A stretch of 57,866 nt of DNA, the filler included, from Stramenopiles sp. TOSAG23-3 (Eukaryota), in the NCBI GenBank assembly GCA_900128585.1. It is 6 parts of 6 records of this genome, joined end to end, with 100 filler letters (N's around TTAATTAATTAA, not from the genome) between each part and the next. Parts side by side here need not be neighbours in the genome. Positions count along the whole stretch, not along the records: positions 1 to 17,265 come from LT642455.1; positions 17,366 to 34,626 come from LT642456.1; 4 more parts are not named here. One strand, given 5' to 3'. The notes beneath the pieces are model-generated. The model was not told the DNA's origin, did not search any database, and saw only the letters and a list, made by a program, of their open reading frames with translations. Each line of letters opens with the position of its first letter. The stretch's first letter is position 1. Position numbers and translations under genes: made by a program. Below are positions 11,123-20,101 of this stretch, piece after piece.

Positions 11123-13780
11123 TCAGTTCCATTTTCGAAACACCGGCTTGCAGGCGTCCCCTACGAGGAGGCCGTCGGTGTTCCCCTGGTCCAACGCCTG
11201 CTTGTACACCACGAGGCTCTCCTCGTACGCTTTCAGAAAGTACGCGACGTCCTCCATCGACGTCTGGTAGCAGGCGAGGAAGATGCCCTGGAAAAGGACG
11301 CCCCGCTTGATCATCTCCTGGATGAACAGGGTGCGAAGGGGGCTGTTGGCCTTCCCGTCGTTCCCTTTGAAAATGGAGACGTTCACCCAGGTGTTCGACT
11401 TGATGACTATTTGCTCCTCGAGCCCGGCCGTTTGGACGAGCGCCCGGACCCCCGCGGAGCAGGCCTCGACGAGCCCGTGCACGTGGCCGATGACGTCGTT
11501 CTCCCGGTAGGTCTTGATGACTTCGAGGGCGGCGGCGAGGCCGTGGGCCTCCGCCCCGTGCGTCGTGGAGCAGAGGAAGAGCCTCGGGTACTCCTTCCCG
11601 TCCCGGTCGCGGTGCTGCTTGATCCCCCCGATGTCCATGATCTCGGCCCGCCCGGTGAGGGCGCAGAAGGACATCCCGTTCCCGATGGACTTTCCCCAGC
11701 AGCACATGTCGGCCTCGTGCCCGTACACGGTGTAGGCCCCGGGGAACCCGGCCCGGTACCCGCTGACCATCTCGTCGACGATGTAGACGATCCCGTGCTC
11801 CCGGCAGATGTCCCCGATCTCCCGGTGCGCCCGGGCGACGGCTTCCCGGTCGTACGCGCAGCAGTCCGCGATGGAGTCGGGCTCCGTGATCAGGCCGGCG
11901 ATCTGGTCCGGGTACTGCCGGACGAGCTCCCGGAGGGAGTCCGGGTTCATGCTGTCAAAGGTGAGGGTGAGGGCCTTGACCTCGTCCGGGATCCCAAAGT
12001 CGCACGGGGTGGTCGCGATGAACCAGTCGTCGTAGCTGTAGAACGGGTGGTTCTTCGGGCGGCAGACGTACTTCCGGCCCGTGAACCCCCGGGCGAGCTT
12101 CATCGCGGCGGTGGTGACGGTGGACCCGTTCTTGGCCATCTTGATCCGGTCGTGGCCGGGGACCTGCGCGAGGAATTCCTTCGCCAGGACGCGCTCGAGG
12201 CTGGCCGGGCGCTGGTAGTTGGCCCCGAGGTGGAGCTGCTTCACGACGGCGTTGATCACGGGTTTGAACCCATGCCCAAGGCTGACGGAGGTCAGGCCGA
12301 GGGAGCAGTCGAGGAACTTGTTCCCGTCCAAATCGAAGACGTAGGCCCCGTCCCCGCGCTCGATGGCGGCCGGGGACAGGAGGGGCCACTGGTCGTCCCC
12401 TTTCGAGTACGTGTGGGCCCCGCCCGGGATGAGCTGGTGGATCTCCGCCCGGTACGCGTCGGACTTCTCGAAGTTCGTGCAGCGGCGAAGGGTGACGCCG
12501 CCGCGGGCCGGCACGGGCTGGCGGCGCCCCGTCGCCGTGAAGGCGTTCTGGACCTTTGCCACGGCGGCGATCGCGTCGTCGACGTCCCCGTCCGTCATGA
12601 GGGGGAAGCAGGGGAGGCTGACGATCTCCTTGTACAGGGCGTTGGCCTCCGGGCAATGGGCCTCGATCGGGGAGTAGGCCCCGTCGAAATTGTTCTGGTA
12701 GTACGCGTGCGCGTGGACGGGGAGGTAGTGGACGTTCACCCCGATCCGCTCCTTCCGCAGCGCGGTGAAGAAGGTGTCCCGGTCGCAGGTCAGGTTCTCC
12801 AGGCGCAGGCGGACGACGTAGAGGTGGTGGGCGTTCACCGTGACCCCGGGGATGTCCCGGACGGGGACGAGGGTGTCGAACCCCGCGAAGGCGGCGGTGT
12901 ACCGGGCGCATATCTCGTTCCGGCGCGCGATGAACTGGTCGAGGCGCGTCATCTGCTGGATCCCGAGGGCGCACTGGATGTCCGTGATCCGCAGGTTGTA
13001 CCCGAGCGCGACCATGTCGTAGCGGTGCGAGGCCTGGGCCTCCCGGTCCTTGTAGGACCGGTCGATCCCGTGGGTCCGGAACATGCTCGCCCGGGCGAAG
13101 AACCCGGCGTCGTTCGTGCAGACCATCCCGCCCTCCCCGGTCGTGATGTTCTTGACCGGGTGAAAGCTAAGGGTGGTGATGTCCGCGATGTTCCCGACCT
13201 TCCGGCCCTTGTAGGAGGCCCCGATCGCGTGGGAGGCGTCCTCGATGAGGACGAGGCCGTGCCGCCGGGCGATGGCGAGGAGCGGGTCGAGGTCGACCGG
13301 CTGGCCGCACATGTCGACGGCGATGATGGCCTTGGTCTTCGGGGTGACGAGGGCCTCGACCTTGGCGACGTCGACGTTCATCGTCTCCCGGTCGACGTCC
13401 GCGAAGACGACCGTCCCGCCCTCGTACAGGACGGCGTTCGAGGACGCGACGAAGGTAATGTCCGACACGATGACCTCGTCCCCCGGGCCTATCCCGGCCG
13501 CGAAGACCGCCGCATGGAGGGCGCACGTTCCGTTCGCGACCGCCACCGCGTGCGCGGCCCCCGTGTACTCGCAGACGGCGTCCTCGAACGCCTTCACCCT
13601 CGGCCCTGTGGTCAGGTACGGCTCCTGAAGGCACTCCACGACCGCCTTGATGTCGTCCGCGTTGATCGTCTGCTTCCCGTACGGAAGGGTGGAGGACCGG
13701 ACCGGGTCCCCGCCGTGCATCGCAAGGAGGGAGGCGGGGGGTGGGGTGGTGCTACCATTGGGTGTCGTCAAGGAGGCCAT
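11123..13780 (-). CDS. Fusion: PseC-like DegT/DnrJ sugar aminotransferase (N-terminal) + class-III PLP aminotransferase of the glutamate-1-semialdehyde aminomutase-like subfamily (C-terminal)
   Basis: N-half: LPYGKQTI, YLTTGP, IEDASHAIG, SFHPVKNITTGEGG (PLP Lys at 13151-13153), GYNLRITDIQCALG, VHYLPVH. C-half (about 11123-12487): IPGGAHTYSKGDDQ, DLDGNKFLD, KNGS, HPFYSYDDWF, DEMVSGYR, WGKSIGNG (PLP Lys at 11690-11692), STTHGAE, KPVFRK. Confidence 0.92.
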   Translation of the reverse strand: MASLTTPNGSTTPPPASLLAMHGGDPVRSSTLPYGKQTINADDIKAVVECLQEPYLTTGPRVKAFEDAVCEYTGAAHAVAVANGTCALHAAVFAAGIGPGDEVIVSDITFVASSNAVLYEGGTVVFADVDRETMNVDVAKVEALVTPKTKAIIAVDMCGQPVDLDPLLAIARRHGLVLIEDASHAIGASYKGRKVGNIADITTLSFHPVKNITTGEGGMVCTNDAGFFARASMFRTHGIDRSYKDREAQASHRYDMVALGYNLRITDIQCALGIQQMTRLDQFIARRNEICARYTAAFAGFDTLVPVRDIPGVTVNAHHLYVVRLRLENLTCDRDTFFTALRKERIGVNVHYLPVHAHAYYQNNFDGAYSPIEAHCPEANALYKEIVSLPCFPLMTDGDVDDAIAAVAKVQNAFTATGRRQPVPARGGVTLRRCTNFEKSDAYRAEIHQLIPGGAHTYSKGDDQWPLLSPAAIERGDGAYVFDLDGNKFLDCSLGLTSVSLGHGFKPVINAVVKQLHLGANYQRPASLERVLAKEFLAQVPGHDRIKMAKNGSTVTTAAMKLARGFTGRKYVCRPKNHPFYSYDDWFIATTPCDFGIPDEVKALTLTFDSMNPDSLRELVRQYPDQIAGLITEPDSIADCCAYDREAVARAHREIGDICREHGIVYIVDEMVSGYRAGFPGAYTVYGHEADMCCWGKSIGNGMSFCALTGRAEIMDIGGIKQHRDRDGKEYPRLFLCSTTHGAEAHGLAAALEVIKTYRENDVIGHVHGLVEACSAGVRALVQTAGLEEQIVIKSNTWVNVSIFKGNDGKANSPLRTLFIQEMIKRGVLFQGIFLACYQTSMEDVAYFLKAYEESLVVYKQALDQGNTDGLLVGDACKPVFRKWN

Positions 13781-13939
13781 GATGGTGATGCGGATGATGC
13801 CGAGTCAAAATTCAATTCAAAGCAAAGCAGACGAAGGAGGAAGGGAAGGAAGGAAGGAAGGAAAGAAAGGGGGGAATTTTGCTCTGGTCGGTCGGAGGGC
13901 GAACAAACTTTGAAGGCTCGACGGCACAAACAATCAGAA

Positions 13940-13959
13940 ACACACACACACACACACAC
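13940..13959. repeat. (CA)n microsatellite
   Basis: acacacacacacacacacac upstream of the PseC-like gene. Confidence 0.9.
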
Positions 13960-14322
13960 GTAAATGAGAATGCAATGCGAATCAAATCAAAAAAACGTTA
14001 TGGATCCCTATTTTTAAAAAAGAAAAGGAACTTTCCTTTCTTCTCCAATACCGAAGACGAAGACAGACATACTTCAGACCAAAACTTTCCCAAAATTTCA
14101 AATTTTCCAATTCAATTAAAATATTTAAACTTTCTTCAATAAATGAAATTAAACACATAGGAATATTGTACTTGTATTATCCCTTAGACATACACAAAAT
14201 GAACGTTTTTCGAGGAAACACTTTCATAAATTCATATTGTCTACCCTTTACAAGTACAATATTAAACGTAGATTTCATAGGTCATTTATATCATACATCA
14301 AAGAAGATATAAATTCCATTTC

Positions 14323-14523
14323 TCATTGATAGGAAAGTTTGTACTAAAATCAACTAAGTAAAGAAACAATAACTATTAACTACACTACCCTCTATCAAAT
14401 AGTATATCATAATTAGAAAAACAGCAGAAAACAAAAAACTTATACATAATTATAGCATATAACGAAGATATTTATACACGTTACTTTTTTATGTATATTT
14501 AGTACAATCTTTCCTATCAATGA
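14323..14523. repeat. 26-bp inverted repeat (25/26 identical) bounding 149 bp; MITE-like
   Basis: TCATTGATAGGAAAGTTTGTACTAAA (14323-14348) versus TTTAGTACAATCTTTCCTATCAATGA (14498-14523). Confidence 0.75.
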
Positions 14524-15231
14524 TAATAGGAATTGAGAACCAACCAATCAAATTAAAATATTCATACCTCTCACAGCATCAACAATGTATCCCTATTATC
14601 TATACCTTTTTTATATCTCATTACACTATCATTAAAATGAATACAACTACAACTACTTCCCCATTCTTCCCCTTATTCCTATGCTAACCGAACGAATACA
14701 ATGCTGTATCTATGCTAATGATCATACATTCCTATCAAACACATAGTCTAAGAATTATACAAGTATATTTATACCGAATTGAACTATTTGTATACGTTGT
14801 GATAGGAAGATGTGTACTAAAGTTACAAATATAAAAACGGATAAAAATATCTTGTGTTAATGCTATTGTGATCTATAATCGTTTTGCTTTCTGCTATTTA
14901 TCCAATGATTGTATACTAACAAATAGGAAACATTGTACTAAACGGATGTTCAAACTTTACTTCAATTTTTTTTTGGCAATTTGTTTTCCAAAAATTATTC
15001 CAAATTCCTTATTTCCCAATTGGATTGAAACATTGAAACATTGAAACGGTGCACAAAAAAAGGTTCGTTCAAAAATCTATTCCGATTTTCTCAACACGTT
15101 TGTCTTTCTTGCATCGTTGCGGCCTTGTGGTTCCGTTCGTTCTGTCGCTCTCTTCGTTGCTTGATTTGCGTTTCCCCCCTTCCTTCCTTCTCTCTCTCTC
15201 TCTCTCTCTCTCTCCCCCCCTTCGTTTTCCC

Positions 15232-17184
15232 ATGGCAGGGGTAGCGTCGGACGGTGTGCTGCCGGGGTCCTCGGATATTTACCGGTACCTTCGGGCACGG
15301 GAACCGGCGGAACTCCCGGACGCGTCGGATTACATCGAAACGGTGGCCAAGCAGCGGCCGTTCGTCGTTGGGCTCGTTCAGGCCCGTATGGGAAGCACGA
15401 GGCTCCCTGGAAAAGTCCTCCTTCCCCTCCCAAAGGAGGGCGGCATGCCCGTCCTGTGGCACGACTTTCAGCGCCTGAAAGCGTGCAAGAACGTCGACCA
15501 GTGGGTCCTTGCGACGTCGACGTGGCACACGGACACCGTCCTGGAGGAGTTCTGCACGGAGCACGGGATTGCATGCTTTCGGGGGAGCGAGTCGGACTGC
15601 CTCGAACGGCTGTTCACCGGGGCCGTCGCGCACGGGGCAAAGGAGGGGGACTACGTCCTTCGGATCACCAGCGACTGCCCGCTCATCGACGCCGGCCTCG
15701 TCGACCGGGCCGTCGAGGAGGCCGTCGCGGGGGGCTACGACCAGTACGGGCTCTGGGACCAGGTCCCACGGTCCACGCGGTACGCGGACGGCCTCGACTG
15801 CCAAGTCTTCAGCTTCACCGGGATGGAACGAATGAACCGGGAGGCCAAGGAGCCCCACGAACGGGAGCACGTCGGGCCCTTCATGATGGACCACCCCGAC
15901 CGGTTCCGCCTCGGCCACTTGGACTTTCCGTACGCGAAAGGGAAGAACCGGAACTGGACCCTCGACAACCCGAGGGACTACGACTTCCTCTCCGAGGTCT
16001 ACCAGCGCCTGTGGCGGGGGAAAGACGCCGCGCCCTTCAGCATCGACGACCTGATCGCCCTGCTCGACCGGGAGCCCGCCCTCTCCGACATCAACCACAC
16101 CCCCGCCGAGCTCCAGAACGAAGGCCTCTTCAAGTCCTTCCGGAGCAAGATCAAGGCCCACGGGGGGGGCGACTACCACGCCCGCCGCCTCACGAACTTT
16201 GCGAAAAGCTCGCAGCTCCGGGGAACGCGCGCCCACGTTCCCGTCCAGCCCGTGCTCGCCCGCGGGGACGGGGCCTTCGTCTACGACGTCGACGGGAACG
16301 AGTACATCGACGTCGCCATGCGCGGCGGGGCCGTCGCCTTCGGCCACCTCTACGACTTTCGGGAGGCCAAGGCCCAGGGCCCGCTGACCCCGGCGGCCGC
16401 CAGCGCCCCGGGGGAGGCCCCCGGGGCGGCCACGATCGAGGCCACCGCCGCGCTCCGCCGGCTCTTCGCGAAGCCCCACGTCTTTTACGCGAGCTCCCTT
16501 GCCGGGGCCCGCCGCGTCGTGGCCGGCCTCGCTGGGGACCGCGCCGTGCTCGAGCGCATCGACGACCTCGACCACGGCCTCGCTGCCCGCGCCCCCGCCG
16601 GGGCCGCCCGCGTGCTCTTCGAGGACCGGGCCGCCGGCCGGCTCGCCTTCCCCGCCGTCTCCAGCGTCCAGGGCATCGACTGCGACGCGATTGTCCTCGG
16701 GCCCACGTTCGCCAACGGCGAGACCTTTTTTCCCGTGCTCTGGAGGACCCGCGACGAGGGCATTCGCAGGGCGGCGGGCGACTGCGCGGAGTGGGACGGG
16801 GACCGCGCCTCCCCCCACGGCGTCAACCGGGCGGCCGCGGCCGTCCTCCGGGCGATCGAGTACCACCAGAAGCATTTTGTCGTCTTCAACCTTCACCGGT
16901 TCTACACCTCCCTGCGCTCTGGGTTGATCTCTGGGATCATGGGGAACGGCATGGAGGATAAAGTGGTGCTCCGGGAGGGCGGCGGCCGGATACAGATTGC
17001 CCTTGCCGAGGGTGCAGGGGACCCGCACGCCTTTGCCGAGACCATCTGGGCGGAAATGCTCGCCCGGGGGATCCACATCACGAAAGACCTCTACGTCACC
17101 CCGTGCTTTGCGTACGAAACGGAGATCATCGTTAGGATGACCCTCGCCTTCGACGCTGCCCTGGTCGTGTACAAGTTCAATTGA
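15232..17184 (+). CDS. Fusion: SpsF-type (COG1861) acylneuraminate-cytidylyltransferase-family domain + degenerate class-III aminotransferase-like domain
   Basis: LVQARMGSTRLPGKVL, FRGSESDCLER, RITSDCPLID, YADGLDCQVFSF, EREHVGPF, WTLDNPRDY, NEGLFKS. From 16183: RGDGAFVYDVDGNEYID and LGPTFANG (no catalytic Lys). ATG 15232 lies just after a (CT)n tract. Confidence 0.9.
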   Translation: MAGVASDGVLPGSSDIYRYLRAREPAELPDASDYIETVAKQRPFVVGLVQARMGSTRLPGKVLLPLPKEGGMPVLWHDFQRLKACKNVDQWVLATSTWHTDTVLEEFCTEHGIACFRGSESDCLERLFTGAVAHGAKEGDYVLRITSDCPLIDAGLVDRAVEEAVAGGYDQYGLWDQVPRSTRYADGLDCQVFSFTGMERMNREAKEPHEREHVGPFMMDHPDRFRLGHLDFPYAKGKNRNWTLDNPRDYDFLSEVYQRLWRGKDAAPFSIDDLIALLDREPALSDINHTPAELQNEGLFKSFRSKIKAHGGGDYHARRLTNFAKSSQLRGTRAHVPVQPVLARGDGAFVYDVDGNEYIDVAMRGGAVAFGHLYDFREAKAQGPLTPAAASAPGEAPGAATIEATAALRRLFAKPHVFYASSLAGARRVVAGLAGDRAVLERIDDLDHGLAARAPAGAARVLFEDRAAGRLAFPAVSSVQGIDCDAIVLGPTFANGETFFPVLWRTRDEGIRRAAGDCAEWDGDRASPHGVNRAAAAVLRAIEYHQKHFVVFNLHRFYTSLRSGLISGIMGNGMEDKVVLREGGGRIQIALAEGAGDPHAFAETIWAEMLARGIHITKDLYVTPCFAYETEIIVRMTLAFDAALVVYKFN

Positions 17185-17208
17185 GGAGGCGAGGGGGGGA
17201 GGGCAGAC

Positions 17209-17265
17209 AGAAGGAAGGAAGGAAGGAAGGAAGGAAGGAAGGAAGGAAGGAAGGAAGGAAGGAAG
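17209..17265. repeat. (GGAA)n microsatellite at contig end
   Basis: Perfect GGAA tandem array running into the N linker. Confidence 0.95.
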
Positions 17266-17365
17266 NNNNNNNNNNNNNNNNNNNNNNNNNNNNNNNNNNN
17301 NNNNNNNNNTTAATTAATTAANNNNNNNNNNNNNNNNNNNNNNNNNNNNNNNNNNNNNNNNNNNN
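17266..17365. other. Artificial contig linker N44-TTAATTAATTAA-N44
   Basis: 100-bp spacer carrying stops in all six frames; the same linker recurs five times in the window. Confidence 0.99.
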
Positions 17366-17653
17366 GGGGGGGGGGGGGGGGGGGGGGGGGAGCGAAAAAA
17401 ATTGCATTTTTGCTATAAAATCCAATAAATATTATGTATGTAGTACCGTATGGGAGAGCCTGAGGCATGGAAGGAAAAAAATGTATGGAAAGAACATTTA
17501 AAAACGAAAAGAGTTACAGACACACTCATTTTATAGATGTATACACATCCAGGCAAGCATATATTATCTCGTTAGCAAACGAACGAACGAACAAACCGTT
17601 GTGCAGCCCACCATCATTCACGGAACGAATATTGCTGGAGACATACCGTCACC

Positions 17654-19579
17654 ATGCCTATGAACGAATGCGAGAAGAGTTGCTATCACGGTATGGAGGA
17701 TTGCACGGCAACTTATGGGGCTATAAGTTGCCTCTTTGGATTGATCATATGGATTCCGTTTCACTTGGTATGGGACTTATCAATGGTGGTGCTGATGAGT
17801 TCCATTGCACTTCCCTTTGTGGTCCTTGGGTTCGGTATACCGAGCCTTGTCGTAGAGGTGGTGTTCTACTTCTACGAAACCTTGAAACTGCCTTACGTTA
17901 TACTCAAAAGTGGAATGTTTGGATGGGAACTGAAGCTTCTCCTACTTCTTCTTCAGCCAGTATTTTCGATCGTAAGATTGGTGCTAACAGTGCTGGCTGG
18001 AGTTCTTGGTGTTGTTCTGCAGAGTGCATACGTCGGCCTTGCATCGCACATGAACTCACCGCTCCGCCCGTGGGTAAGCCTGTGGACGATTTTCTATCCC
18101 CAGAGTCAACGCGGTTCTACATGGTTGCACGAACGCAACGTGCTTCTGGATTCGTTCAACCTTACAATTTCATTTTTTGAGATGCGCAACAATCCAGAAG
18201 CCTACGATCGTATTAAGGACCACCCCGGCCCCCCTATACGATTTCCTATCCTTCAAGGAATCGCCTCGATCCCGCTCGCAGTTGTGTTGACGGGGCTTAC
18301 GGTCATCCCGACAACTGTGGTCACTGCGGTGCATACGGCAATTGTGCTGCCATTATCGGCGTTGCCATACGCTCTCGCGCTCCCGCTGATTCGGGGATGG
18401 CTCGAACAGAATGCGTTCGCGTTTTTCTGCATGTTGCCATTTTACTACATCGCACTTGCGTTGGGGGTCGTTGTGTGGGCGATTGCTGTTCCTTTTATGT
18501 TCGTGGCGTGCCAGCTTGTTACCTTCTTAAGAACCTTTCGGTACGTTCTCTCGGGTGAACTTTTTACCATGAAGCCATTTTGGAACATGATGTTTGTGAC
18601 TTCTTCTTACTACAAATTCTCTTGCGAGATGAACCGCTTTATACTCTGCGTTGCCTTTTTCGAAGATGCCGGCGGTGGGAGGAATGATGCATGTTCCTTC
18701 TTGCAGTTCTTTGGAGAACCAGACTCAGAAAGGTGGGGCCAACTTGCGGACGCAGCTGGTTTCGACATTGAGACTGCCGTGAACATGGTGGGTGATCGAG
18801 GGGGTCCTGTTGCTGCGGTTCAAGTCGTCGTCGGAAATGAATTTGAAGAAGATGAAGACCGAAATCCGATGCGCATGTCTCGTAATGTAGGACCACCACC
18901 TGGGCGTTTGGAGCGCCAGACAACTGCGGACGAGCCCATCTACAAAGAGTATTTTCATGGCTTGGTCCGGTTGCCCAATGACCGAAGACTTGGTACGACC
19001 ACCGTATGGAACAGTTTCTTCAATCAGTCTTTTACGCTGGGGGCCGATGCCCTGGCAAAGGGTATCATCTCAAAGGAGGAAATTGAAGACCAAGACCCAT
19101 TCCTGTTTCTTGGGTTGCCTGCGGCCGTCATGTATGCTGGCCTCGAACGGTCCGTTGAGCTTGGGGCCAAAGGAATTGTGCTCGCGAAAGGTTTGGAAGT
19201 AACAGAAGAAAACCGCCCGTTCGGTAATGCCAGCAACATCTTCTGGGGCCCATGCATGAGAATAAAGGAGCTTATTAAAGCGGCTAACTTGGAAAAGAAC
19301 GAGAAGGGCTTTATACGGAAAGCATTGCTTCGGCAGCACAACGAAGACCAGGACTTGGCCACAATAGACGAAAGTCGGTTGAAAGTGTTGAACGAAATTA
19401 TAGGCAGCACGAATTCGATGGCGATCAGAATGTCCAGGTTAATGAAATTTTCCAGCCGATTCAGGGAAGTCCTGTCCATGTTGACCGAGGCCAACACCGG
19501 GGCGGGGAAAGACGATGAGGAGGTCGCAGGAACGGATGGATCGCTAAGTGTAGGGTTGTCCGTGGAAACAGCGCAGTAG
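17654..19579 (+). CDS. Uncharacterised multi-pass membrane protein; C-terminal domain resembles the plant At3g27390 family
   Basis: Many TM helices in the N-half. The C-terminal domain VWNSFF...GIISKEEIE...LGLPA...LERS...GIVL...EVTEENRP...IKELIKAANL...SRLMKFSSRF follows my recollection of the At3g27390 pattern. Confidence 0.7.
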   Translation: MPMNECEKSCYHGMEDCTATYGAISCLFGLIIWIPFHLVWDLSMVVLMSSIALPFVVLGFGIPSLVVEVVFYFYETLKLPYVILKSGMFGWELKLLLLLLQPVFSIVRLVLTVLAGVLGVVLQSAYVGLASHMNSPLRPWVSLWTIFYPQSQRGSTWLHERNVLLDSFNLTISFFEMRNNPEAYDRIKDHPGPPIRFPILQGIASIPLAVVLTGLTVIPTTVVTAVHTAIVLPLSALPYALALPLIRGWLEQNAFAFFCMLPFYYIALALGVVVWAIAVPFMFVACQLVTFLRTFRYVLSGELFTMKPFWNMMFVTSSYYKFSCEMNRFILCVAFFEDAGGGRNDACSFLQFFGEPDSERWGQLADAAGFDIETAVNMVGDRGGPVAAVQVVVGNEFEEDEDRNPMRMSRNVGPPPGRLERQTTADEPIYKEYFHGLVRLPNDRRLGTTTVWNSFFNQSFTLGADALAKGIISKEEIEDQDPFLFLGLPAAVMYAGLERSVELGAKGIVLAKGLEVTEENRPFGNASNIFWGPCMRIKELIKAANLEKNEKGFIRKALLRQHNEDQDLATIDESRLKVLNEIIGSTNSMAIRMSRLMKFSSRFREVLSMLTEANTGAGKDDEEVAGTDGSLSVGLSVETAQ

Positions 19580-19609
19580 ATTCGTATTAGTAGTTGTCCA
19601 TGATTGATA

Positions 19610-19880
19610 TAAAGTGAGAGTCTTAAAGCATATTACCTTATATCACATGGTGTTCTTGTAGTAGTTGTACAGTCAAATACTCTTGTCATAGAACAGTTCA
19701 ACAGAAAACGAGCCCCTTTAAAACATTTATGCCGCTGTTTACTTGCCCATTGGAATCTTGACCAGAAATTGGGGAGGATCTGCAATAGGAAGAGATATGG
19801 TTCTTGAACTGACACCTTCTTTTTATACATCTAGACTTATTTTAAATACACATAAATAACCGCCAGTATTTTGTTTTTTA
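19610..19880 (-). repeat. Dispersed modular repeat, copy A
   Basis: Reverse complement shares GTCAGTTCAAGAAC...GCAGATCCTCCCCAA..TCTGGTCAAGATTCCAA...CAGCGGCATAAATGTTTT.AAGG.GCTCGTT with 36687-36866 and 51722-51921. It also shares the ATGCTTTAAGACTCTCA and AAAATACTGG(GG)CGGTTATTT modules with 36355-36490. Confidence 0.85.
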
Positions 19881-19955
19881 TACTACTCTTGTGTTAGAAA
19901 TTCTTCTTAATAAAATAATTAGCTAGATGTTATAATACTATGTATACTTTTGTAA

Positions 19956-20101
19956 GAAGAAAGAGAAGAGAAGAGAAGAGAAGAGAAGAGAAGAGAAGAG
20001 AAGAGAAGAGAAGAGAAGAGAAGAGAAGAGAAGAGAAGGAAGAGAAGAGAAGAGAAGAGAAGAGAAGAGAAGAGAAGAGAAGAGAAGAGAGAGAAGAAGA
20101 A
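19956..20101. repeat. (AGAAG)n pentanucleotide microsatellite
   Basis: Long AGAAG tandem array. Confidence 0.95.

Noticed and set aside
10138-11310. 390-aa ORF bridging the kinase end and the aminotransferase end
   Set aside because: It overlaps two real genes in other frames and crosses an AT-rich spacer, with no protein-like features.
11123-12487. Calling the class-III domain hemL (tetrapyrrole synthesis), tempting because COX15 is nearby
   Set aside because: It lacks the HemL GGVNSPVR and NSGTEA signatures and has AHTYSKGDDQ and KNGS instead. It is also fused and paired with nucleotide-sugar enzymes.
11411-13963. 850-aa ORF on the + strand
   Set aside because: Antisense shadow of the GC-rich aminotransferase fusion. 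No motifs, and its composition is explained by the sense-strand codons.
15091-17076. 661-aa minus-strand ORF and the 501-aa alternative-frame ORF at 15456-16961
   Set aside because: Shadow frames of the GC-rich SpsF fusion; Arg/Gly/Pro-rich with no recognisable domain.
11123-17184. Lack of introns as evidence of horizontal transfer or contamination
   Set aside because: The clearly eukaryotic genes in this window also appear intronless, so this is uninformative.
17310-17321. Palindromic TTAATTAATTAA repeated five times in the window
   Set aside because: Synthetic six-frame-stop linker inside N runs, not biological.
17366-17390. Poly-G run (possible G-quadruplex)
   Set aside because: It sits exactly at a contig edge and is likely a sequencing or assembly artefact.
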